Part shown: in pieces, positions 10,801-22,800 of the stretch
How positions within the stretch are numbered: position 1 is the stretch's first letter
Layout of the letters: each line of letters starts with the position of its first letter
Assembly: GCA_965112155.1 (NCBI GenBank)
Contig: OZ218103.1
Length of the DNA stretch: 64,000 bases
Origin: Podarcis liolepis
Lineage: Eukaryota
Reading direction: 5' to 3' (one strand)
The notes under the pieces: generated by a model
Seen by the model: the letters and a program-made list of their open reading frames with translations, nothing else
What the model was told of the DNA's origin: nothing
Database searches by the model: none
Made by a program: the position numbers and the translations under genes

Positions 10801-13800
10801 CAGAGGGAATGCACGAATGTATGAAATCCTAGAGTATGACAGTGCAAGGGACAGAGAGATGGAGAAGGCCAACTCATTTTCAAGTGCCTCTGGAGCGCAG
10901 TCAACTTGGAAATCAGCTAAAAACTCTGGTTTTAGAGAATGCAAGAACTAGCATAATAAATACACGTGTGTGGTTTTATCAATTTAGGATTCTCCATATA
11001 CAGTGAGGGATATAGCCAAAGCGGCAAGAAATCAATGAATAGATGAGTGTAACATATATACCTGCACATAAACTTACAGTGTAGTGTTGTTAGCTCCTTT
11101 CATTGTAAATAACCTTTCAAGAGCATGGGCTGCATAAGTATGAACTACAATGCTTTCTGCTTGAAGATGATTGATTAGGAGAGGAATAGACACCAATAGT
11201 TGTTCTTTGGGTACCTACAAAATAGACACATATGTAAAAATGCTTTAGAAGCAAGTACCAAGCCGTTTTGGAAGAATTAGGTCAGAAACAATGGACTGAA
11301 AAAATCCATCTGTTATTACAATGTTTTGGTCATTGCAATTGTTATATCAGCAGACCACTGTAACTTTCCTGAATGAGGTATATATACATTGTGCAGCCAT
11401 ACCTGTATTAAGCTTTTTTAAAAATTACTGTGCATATTCTATTAAACCAAGGTCATGGGTCAAGTAAGAGTTCCTAGCCACAGCAATTCAATGTGGGTGG
11501 GGGAATCTGTGGGGGAAGAACTGCCAGCAGCAACTGCAGACACCGTGTGTCAGTGGCGTAGCATGGGGGGTGCAGGGGGGCCCGGCCGCAACATCTGGGG
11601 GTTAGGGTTAGGGGGCGCAAATCCATGGGTTAGGGGGCACAAATTACTTGCCTTGCCCCGGGTGCTGACAACCCACGCTACGCCACTGCCGTGTGTGTTG
11701 GGTGTGGGGGAGGAAAAACAAGCACAGCAGCTCTAGAGCCAGCAATTTCCCCCTCCCTTGCTGGGGAAGCAAGAGATCTTTGGAGCCTATGGACCCCAAG
11801 CCTCTCTTTCATGTCCCCCTAACATGTCCTTTTTTACCTCCTTACTGCCAAATCACTGATAGTAGAGGGACAGCCTTGGAGGCTGCTGCAGCCACAACAA
11901 AGAGGTTTCCAGGAGGCCACAGAAACTGAGGCTCATGAAATCCTATGGTCCCCAGGATGCTGTCCCATGGACCTTTGGAATGTTTTGCATATTAGAAGAT
12001 TGCATAGCTGAAGATTTTAAAAGATACCACACACACGAAAACAGGAGCACTTTCTGTACCTGTTCTAAGAAACATAAAGTATGATATTAGAGAATCTTCC
12101 CCAAATCAATTATGATCTGTTCACTGGATTCCAGGGAAAGGGTTTTGTCATCTGCATACTGTAACTTTTTCAGAATTGGAGGTTTTAAAATGGGGGGTGG
12201 GGTGGGGTACCCTAAAATAATTTATGTTATTTTCCAGAAGTACTGATACCACACTGTGAAACGATTAGTACAGTTCTAGGTACACCATTTGCAGTATTTT
12301 TCCCACACAAAAAATAGTCTATCAAACAATTTCAGCTGGATGTTAAGAACTCTGAACTTACTTGGTTCCTGAAAATCATGATGTACTTGATACCATCAGC
12401 CTTAAGCACGGGAAACTCATTCACTGCCAAAAAGTTAATACTAGTTACTTATGCAGTTACCATATAGACAAAATTAGATATCTAATAGAAGTTCAAAGTC
12501 CCTCAAATTTCACAGCATATTCCCACAATTTATCAACAGAATAAAGATTCCCACTGACAGTCTCAAGCTTAAGGAGAGACAAGATTGCAGAATGACACAC
12601 ACACAAAAATGCTCTTCACTTGGCTCTCCTTTGTTCTGTCCCCATACCCATTACCCCACCCAACTTCAAAAAAATAACCCCAGCCATCCTCAATTTCTGG
12701 ACCCACATTAAGAACACAGGAAGCCGTCTTCTACTATGTCAGAACACTGGTCCACCTTGACAAATATTGTCAACTCAAACAGTGGGGAACATAAGGTCCT
12801 GGCACTGTACACAAGCCACACTTCCTCCCCAACTTTTTCCTCTCCCCCTGGTTGGAATGTGCCCATGAACTCCGATAATGGCTCTTGCTTGCCTACACAG
12901 AGGATAGAGAGGAGTGTGAGACATGCATACAAACTAGTTTATTGTATAAAGGCAAAATCTGCATTCATTGCTCTGCCCACTTTTGTCGTTGGCCCTGCCC
13001 ACCACTTGCATGTGGCCCCTGAAAGGTTGCTTTGATAATCTTCAGCCGATAAGGGTTCTGCACCCCAGGCCACTCTGAGTGGCAGAGGCTTTCCAGGATC
13101 TTGGACAGTTTGCCCACCGAGACCAGGTGTGCATCTACAAAAATACAATATACAAGGCAATCCACTAAAACCTGATAAGAAATTAAAGAGATCTTATGAC
13201 TGTTTTAGTTATCTATGCCCATGTCTTCCCTGCATGACACAACAACACAGATCCAAAATTATTCCCATGTTCGTTTACATTTATTGGTGTTACAGATGTT
13301 TAATATAGAATTCTAAGCATACCATTAGGAGACTTCAGGTCTGGTAGAATGTGATTCACAAAGAATTCCGTCAGGTTTACAAGTTCATTGGCTTGTGTTA
13401 TTCCATGCTAGGATGAAAAAAGTGTGATAAAAGAATCATAAACAATATTAATTGCTGGACTGGTTTATAGAAGCTCCCATTTACACACTAATGAAGTTTG
13501 CATGTGAATGATATCTGGCAATTTCTGTAAGTATTCATTGTATATACTTTGGCTTCAAGCATTGGATTGTGAATGGGAGAAGGAATGAGTACTCTTATAT
13601 TCTACTTATAGGATACTAGGTTAGCCTATTTCAGATATCTAATATAGTTATGAAAGGTGCAAGTGAAAGGTAGGTTAACCACAATACATTTTATGCCATG
13701 TCTTCTAAAATGTAAAAAACACAACTTTGATAGAAACAGCCTATATTGCAAACATAATAATAGTCCTAAAAATGCTAATTCTCCATATGCTCATGATTGT

Positions 13801-16800
13801 TATGTCAATTTAGGTTTTTATTGTAGAGGTGCTCTAAATCTGTGAATGTAATCAGTACTTCTAATTTCAATTGTTGGTAAAATGGAAATTCCCATTCGAG
13901 ATAACAGAGCAGCACATGGCTATCCCCAAAACACCAAAAATTATAAAGCTGGGCCGCTGTTCTGAAACTTTATTTTCCATATGTCCCACCTCTTATATTT
14001 ACATCAAGTGCTGAAGTCCCCACCCCAACATTCTGCCAAGCCTAGAAGAGATTGTTAAACCACAGCAATCCAATCCTTGAACACTTACATTAGCATACTT
14101 CCAAGAAGGCATGCATGGGAATGCAACAAAATTGGAAGCAGTGACTGCAGAGGTTGGTCCCAGGGCAAATACCAAATTTTGCTCATGGGTTGACCTACTC
14201 TATATAAACTATTCCAAAGTCAATTTTATATATCTAAAAGTCTGTGGGTCATAAACATGTCATTACTGTGAAGAAAGCTCTTCCACGGAGTGCTTACTAT
14301 TAAATAATGGTTCTTCTCCCCAAGGAAACGGGTCTGGATGGGTATTCAACTTATGTACCCTGTGATGCAAACAAGTACCTTTTGTGTCTGAGCTTTCGAT
14401 GCCAAAGATGTTACAAGGTAAATAGCAGCATCTTTATGCTTCCAGTTGACAGATGGATTCTTTGCATACTCTTGCAGCATAGAGTTAACGTAACCAGAAA
14501 AGATCCCAGTAACAGGTCCTTCAAAAAACTTGCACAACCCTCTTACAAGATCACAGGCTGCTCTGCGTCTGGTATCAATATCTGCAAGGCAGAGATAAAA
14601 ACAAGATGCATTATGGGTTATATTAAAACAATGTTTCTTCATTTTGAAGCTCTGCTTGCAAAACGGCTAAATTGGATTCACCCTGCTGTGCTTCAGGGAC
14701 AGAGCAATTTGCTAAAATAGGCTTCTCTATTCATAAAAATCATGCTAGTGGTATTAAGGAATGCAGAATTACAAAATCTGCCAAAATATTGATTCTCATG
14801 AATATAAATGAAAGCAAAAACTGCAGGTCCATAGCATCAAAACACAAGTAAAATAACATTCAGAAGAATTTTGGGACTATTTAAAGGATAGTTTAGGATC
14901 CTATAAAACTTATCCTGACACAGTCAGCAATTTAAGATCACAAGGGGAACAAATGGTTCACTAAAAATGACTGCTCCCTGCAGCATGTGCCCCTTAAAGG
15001 CTCAGAAGAAACTCTCAGTCCCAGAGTTCAATGGGGTTTAAATTCCAAGTGTGCACATATATAACTGAGACTTTTGAGTAAGAAGTATGTGAAGCACTCA
15101 ACCCAAATGCATCTGCTTCTTTGGTACTCCATAGAAACAGACTATATATTAGAAGAGAGGGTGTGAAAGGCTACAAGAAGAAAATTCTGGCTGGGGTAAA
15201 GAAGAACTTCATAGAGAACTGTTTGGAGTAACTCAGGAGTGGAGGCTGAGCTTTCAGTAGGAGAATGTTGTAGGCACTGGATAAATAAGGTGCAACAACC
15301 ATTTAATCTGATGTAGTGCTAGCCCTCCTAGTGTTGCAGTAATACACCAGCAACTACTAAAAAGCAAGACAAAAACAAGTAGCCCTTAAAGCAAGCAAAT
15401 TTGCCTTAAGGCTTGTCAGATGAACCCCCACCCCCAATAGCCAACAAATGTGCTCATCCATGGAATCACAGGACAAGCGCAAAAAACCCCACACCATTAC
15501 ATATTTGAATCCCAAAGGGAAGAAGTATTTTAACCCTATTACGAATGCATGCCTATTCAAGGGAAGACAATTAATGCATGTACTTATGCACATGTCAACA
15601 CTTCAGAAAACTGCATCAGTTCTCAAATGCCATTATACACCCAGTATAGAACTGCTTACCAGATCCTTCCAAGTCTCTTCTGATATATTCTTCAGAATTA
15701 TCTTCAAAGGCTTCTTCATCAGCAGCTGCAGAAAAGCAGTCCACAAACATGTAAAGGATCAGCCATGATATACAAACTGCATTTATTTTAATATAACATA
15801 TGCTTGTAAATAAATTTAAATCACCTATTATTGGGCTCTGTTTTATGAAGTTACCATGATCAAGGCAATGGGAGTTCGTGAACCATCAGTATTTTATATG
15901 AGAGTAGTAAATAAAGTTCTCATCTAGAAGAGTTTGGATTTGATATCCCGCTTTATCACTACCCGAAGGAGTCTCAAAGCGGCTAACATTCTCCTTTCCC
16001 TTCCTCCCCCACAACAAACACTCTGTGAGGTGAGTGAGGCTGAGAGACTTCAGAGAAGTGTGACTGGCCCAAGGTCACCCAGCAGCTGCATGTGGAGGAG
16101 TGGAGACACGAACCCAGTTCCCCAGATTACAAGTCTACCGCTCTTAACCACTACACCACACTGGCTCTCCAGTGTGAATACTCAGGTCAGGGTCCAAATT
16201 ACATTGTGGAACTATTTTCATAAAGCCATGCATTCCACCTTTAAATAGCAACCCCGCACCATACTGCACAGCAAATTAGTTTTGAAATAGAGAGATTTCC
16301 AGAAGCAGCAGCTTATGGTATAGCATTGCTCTTCAAAGGCAAAAAGTAAAAGATTCCATTAGCATGAGATGCTCTTTAGATCCTGATCACAACCAATGTA
16401 TATCTTTGTATGACAAAATATTGAGGATAGCTTGGAGTAGCTGGGGATTTTAACCGTTTGGCTGCTTCAGACATAAAGCCAAATCTTTAACAACAAGATT
16501 TGAAGCAGCCTCTCCTTAGACATGATGATTCCCTGACTTCTTTCATCATTTGAGGTGAACTATGATTTACCATTTCATCTGAACTGCCAAAATTATAGTT
16601 TGTACTTCGCCCAACAAACTAAGACTGGAAATCAGTTTGAGATACTGAAAGACTCATTTCTGGAGTACAAAAACTTTCTTTGGCATTATGTATGAACCAC
16701 TTCATGACAGAGACAGGGGGAAATCCAATTAATGTAAAAGCAGTGTACTACACTCAGATTAAACTGAGCTAGAAGAACTGGTGGATGAGGAACTCAACTC

Positions 16801-19800
16801 TTCCAAACTGATGAGTTACTTCAGTCACTCATGATGGGATGGGATACCTGTACCCCTCTGGATACTGCTGGGATCCCAACTCCCATCAGCCCTGCCCAGC
16901 GTGACCAATGGTCAGAAATAGTGGGAGTTGCAGTCCAACAACAGCTGGAGTGACAGAAGTTCCCCAACTCTGACGGACATACATATTACATATATATAAA
17001 AGGGAAGTGCAGTTCTGAGAGTGCAGAACAGAAAATGCCTCTCAAAACCATGCTGCAAACCTCTTGAACGCAAATGGCCACAAATACAGTCCATTACTTG
17101 GCTACTGTGCCAGTTCTAAAGCCCTCAGTGTTAAAAACTCAATTTTTGCTTTCCTGGAAAATTTTAATAAAGATTTTAAAGAAAGGAAATATTTACCTCT
17201 AAATTCCATGTTGGGAACAATGACTTTTTCACAAATACTTGTCAGTGTATTCTGGTCTTCAAACAGGTGCTTATAATGGGGCCTCTCACAAACCGAAGCT
17301 AGAAACTGGATTGCATTACTTACCAACTGAGGGGGGGAAAACACAAAATGAGCATAATCTGAAGACCACCTAAAAAAAGGTTCATTTATTTCAAGCTGGA
17401 TGGAGGAGAGTCACTTACCAAATCATATTTAACTTCTTGCCCTGTTGTGACTAATAAATTCCAGATTGCTGTGACAAAACGGGGCAGGTAAGGCTGAAAT
17501 TCTTCATCATATTTTTGGGCGTACAAAGCTGCATTGTCACAAATTTGGGATTTCAAAAGCTCTAGCAGACCAGCTTCTTCTTCATCCTAGCAACAAAAAA
17601 GAAGCACCACCAACGTATTTGGAAAATGCAGTCTCCTAGTACCCCTGACATCTGCCAAAGCAGCAAGTAAAGCAAATGAAAGGAGGGGATTTGGAGGCAG
17701 GAGGAGGGCAGGATGATCAGGAGGCTCAGGGGATGAAAACGGGACAATAACACATGCCTAGGGGCATCATCTAGGGTAAAAGTCCCAACTGGGTTCCAAA
17801 ATCAGCCAAGCAATTCCCCATGTCTTGAAAAAGTAGTTTGTGTTGCCCAAAGCCAAAATCCTAGTCTGGCTGGAGAAATGTTCCCAAACACTAACAGAAA
17901 GTGAGGCCAGATTAACTAGATGCTCATCCGAGGGCAGGCTTGGTAGCATTTCCCTCTTCCAAAGCCAATTTCTCATTGCCCAGTCAGTCATCACATATGA
18001 CCATGACAAGAGAATTACCACCATCAACATATGGACCCAGTGCTATGATATGTTATACAAAGGGACACAATTTTTTATTTGAGAAAATTACCATCTAACT
18101 TTAATTTTTCCTATACTGGCTCCACAATTTCCCTCCAAGAGAATGACAAAAATCAGAATTACTTGAGCTACTGCAATTTCAGTGTCCTGTTCAGAACCCA
18201 GGAAAGCTTCTTTTTTGCAGCTCAAGTGGAGTTCTGAATTCCCTTTCCCATTACACAGAAATTTTCCAAAAGATTTTATGCCAGAGAAGAGGAAATTGTG
18301 ACCCTCCAAATTTTGTTGACTCCATCAAATTAAGTCAGCATGACCAATGATCAGGGATGAGTTTTAGTCTAGCAGCATCTGGAGAGCGACAGCTTCTCTA
18401 TCCCACTTTTATGTTGCTACTTACATCTGTCTGTAAGAGTTTGTTATCCAAAGTTAGAAGATTATGGAAATTCATCATCCAGGTTTCCATGTTATCTTCA
18501 AAAAATTCAGGAAGATCCTACAAAATAGAGAAGTAGATCCACATCCGTAGTTATTTTTCTATTAGGTAATTGCTTATTTAAGAAGCATACTTTCCTGTCT
18601 ATTTTGGCATGCAACCTGCTCAAAGAAATACAGAATCACCACATTACTTTTTTTAAAAAAAACAAGAGAAGGTATGGAACATAATTTTCAACTGCTAAAG
18701 GAAATCCAAAGCCCAAGAGACACAAACAAAGTCAATTTCTCTGTAGCTTTTAACGTGTGTAGCTCATCAACCTTCTCCTCAGTTTTCAATCAGCATAGCA
18801 GGAGCTGTGTAACAACCAGCTTGCTTTACGGCTTGACAGTGCTTCAAGGCAATGGAACTGCAGCCTATTGTGTCAGATCCGTTTTGCTCACCCAGGGTTC
18901 CCAGAATTAAGGGTCATTGTGGACCACATTAGACTTAGTAACAGATGCATGTAAGCCCTGCTTCTTTATTTACTGGCCTACCATTACGCCTATGAAGAGT
19001 AAAAAACAAGAAGCACCCACCTTTCCTTTGACTTAATTAAACTTAAGTAGGTTTATTACCCCTAAATTTGAGAGGTTCTGTCTGTCAACAGCTATCGTTC
19101 CCTCTGTTCTTTTGTCTCCTGATACAACCTTTGATCAAATCCAGTCTTACCAAAAATAATCAGCGCTGAATCCAAATCTGAAAAGCCAAGCTTCTTATAC
19201 TAAAAGGTTACATGCACATTACTTTAGATTTGTTAAAGCTCTAACAAACAACTTATCCTAGCACACTTATGGAGCACTGACATTTGGCCAGATACTTGCG
19301 TTTTTAAACTTGCTTGCATCTCCAAAACCCATCAAGAATTTTGGCTAGCAGCACCGAGGTTTTTAATCGTGCAGTTATCCATCAGTGAAATTGCTCCTAT
19401 ACAGAAAGTTGCTTGCAGGATCAGAACTATCCACTAGAAGAGCATGTAAAAGATGGCTTACCTGAAAATTTAAACTGTAGAACAGCTTAGCAATCAGAAT
19501 CAGAGATGAGAAGAGTACTTTCAAAGCACTGACATCATTTGCATGAGTACTACAAAGCTCAATTGTGGCCTGGAAAAGAGCAATTTTAATAGCAATCACC
19601 AACAAAATCTATTCAGACACTTGCCAATACTGTTCCACTTCTGTGAAAGCTCACTGATGCCACAAATTCATGCCTCTCATCCAAATTCAACTAAATGCAA
19701 TTTCTCTTTTCTATTAAAAGCACAATATATGTTCAAAACCAGATAAGCTAAAACATCAATAAAATATAAAAGCAACAAAACAAAAAGGCACAGCCTAAAA

Positions 19801-22800
19801 AAGAGAGGTCTGAACACCAGTAGCGTTGTTTTAATAAAAACATCTTAATTTAGCATCAATTATTGCAGTTATTAATAAACATCTTATTATAGGGTGCTAA
19901 CACATGGACAGAGTAAGCATGGAAGATTTTAATTCAAACTTTATCTTCTTCACCTTATATATCTGACTATCGCAGCAGCTAGGACAGAAGTAGGAACTTC
20001 ATAATAGTCAACATAAAATGCTTTATGCTGGCTGTGAAGTTAAAAAAAATACATTACACAGAAGATATATAAATCAATTCCATATTTCAAATACAACACT
20101 GTACCTTAAAGAGATTTGTCAAGGGAAGTGCGAAAGCATCAAGAACTAGTTTGATCTCTGTCCACAGTTCATTTGATTTAAACTCATGACGATACCTGAC
20201 AAATGAAGGAAAACCAGAGCTATTTAATTTGCGTGATCATTTTCTATGTATTTGAAAACTAGAGCCAAGTAAAAGAAAGAAGTTGAAAGGCATTACTGCT
20301 AGAACAGAGTGCTTTTACTTTCAAAACAGAACTTGGAAATTCATGGCCCTCACCCACTACCTTTTGAATAAAGAATGTGCTGTACGAAGAACTCCATTAA
20401 TAACATGGAAGTCTCCACTCTGAAAGCGATTCACCATCTCCGTTAGCAGATCAGGCCATTTCTGAGGGAAGTCTTCTCTACCAATTATGCTGATAGCATC
20501 ACTTAACTAGGACAGAGCGAGACAGAAACATTATGCAGGTATTTGCATGGAGATAAACAACCACCTTACAGTAAACTCAAGACAGGCTTTCTACATGTTA
20601 AGTATGCAACTGCCAGTGACAAAAGCAGGTGCATGTGTACCTCCCTGATCCTTTCTGCAGTATCTAGCAGATCTTATTCATGACACCACAACTTTCCCCC
20701 CTTCCCCACCCCACTGTCAATGGCAGCATGATAGGACAGTGGACCATGTGAAATCATGAAAGTGGTACAAGATACTATGGAGGGGGAATTGCATGTACAG
20801 CTACCATTTTGGCAGACTCACATTCAGTGTCCTGGCTCATTTTGCCTTAAGAATATGCCACTAAGGATGGTATCCAACTAAACAGATCCACTAGGGCAAG
20901 GACTTTTGGCTGTGCAAATGAATTTCTTCTCCTTCTCTTCTCCCTGACCCCCCCAACCCTTCAAATCTTTTATGGGGGTTCCCTTGACCATCTACAGCAA
21001 ACTGGGGAGGTGCATGGAGGGCAAGGAGAAAGAAGAAGTTTCAGTGCTCAAGCAGAAATTATTGCACTAGTGGGCCTATTTAGTTGCCTTTTCCCCACTC
21101 ACCCTGGATATCAAACTAGAACAAGACACTGCATATGGGAAATTCAGCTGGCATACTGGGGTAGTTTCACACACTGCCTAATTATTTCGTGACTTTTAAA
21201 ATCTGTCCAAATGTTCTCATAGGATTCCCTCCCATGGCTTCAATGGCACACCTGTAATCACATGTTTTATCTTCACCATATCAGCTATGTTTGCTAAAAT
21301 TAAGAAGCGAAAAACCCAATACTTCTGAAATGTTAATGCAGGTTTCATCTTATTTCCAATAAAAAACTTAATAGCGGCTTCCCTTCTTTGCATATAAGAT
21401 ACATATAATATGAATAGTAGGAATACATATTAATAATACCAATACAAATCGGAGCAAACTTATCCTTCAGACTTCACACTTCCCTGAATTTTGTAATACA
21501 ATTCTCAACTCAAAACAACATACCAAAATGCACCAAAAATCACTTATTTTAGGGTAAGATATTTAAAAACCAATTTTCATACTGATTTTTTTCCCCAGGT
21601 TATAGACAGACTTGTGAACCAACATGCGTGAAATTGACACAAACCAGAAACAAAGCAACTCATCCGCCCTTAGATGTATCTACTGCGTCTCACTTTAAAA
21701 CAAAATTTCATATACTAACACAATCAGTCTCCCAGCACAAAACAATTCCCTGTTGAAATAAGCTGAATTCTGTTTTTTTTCTTCATTGTCACCTCACCTG
21801 TTTTTGAATTTGTTCTGGACTGCTAAGCATTAGGTGTACTATGTTGGCTTTGATGGCTATCCTGTCGGCTTCACATATTTTGTTTGGTTCATCTTCAATC
21901 TAGGAACAAAATGTTAGTTGAGCTAGTATCATAACATCTCGAGATCCTTGCATTTTTGCAGCAAGTGCATTGGCTGAGTTGTAAGATTTCAGGAAAAAGC
22001 AAACGCTACACATTTATTCTGAAACATGTTGGGCCCAGGAAATATTTTCCTGTGCATACCGCCAATCAGACAGACAATAGACCACAACCAGTTGCATCAC
22101 AACAGCTCAGCTGTAAACACTACATACTGGCATGTGGATGCATCAGGCGAGATGGGTGGAATTTGCTGACACCAGGAAGCAGAGTTCCATTTCGTGCTCT
22201 GTTTCCACTTCCATCTGAAATTATCTGGTCACTGCATCAGTGTTCTCCATCAAACTAAACAGCAACTGCAGGGGTTGCCATGGTGCAGCATCCACTGCCG
22301 GCTTATAGCCTCCCCACTCCACCCCCGCTGCTTCAGTTATCATCTTCACAGGTTCAAATGCTCCATGAGAAAGGAGCTACCTTCCCAATTCCTGATTCTG
22401 TGCCAATAACTGCAGCTGTAAAAATGATACTTCTCCAAATTTATGATTTAACTATTTATATGACGTTATTTTTCAACGTTTTAAACCCATTGCTGAGAAA
22501 GCACCTGAAGAGTAACCAAGTACAATCCCTTAAAGCAGATTCTGGAACATCCTCAAAATAATAAATATTAACCTCAAAGTGGACCATTTGATTCAGTTGT
22601 GATTAAGTGTCCTAATTTCCTGTTGCAATGAATTAGTACCAATAGTTGGAAGATCTGAAGCAGATACAGTTCAAAGTTATAAAAATTAAAACACCAATTC
22701 TAATGAAAGTAACCAAATCAGAAAAGGGTAACATGGTAGGAAGTATAATAAATTCATTCAACAGTTCACCAGTAAGAACTATTTCTCATCTATCAAGATC

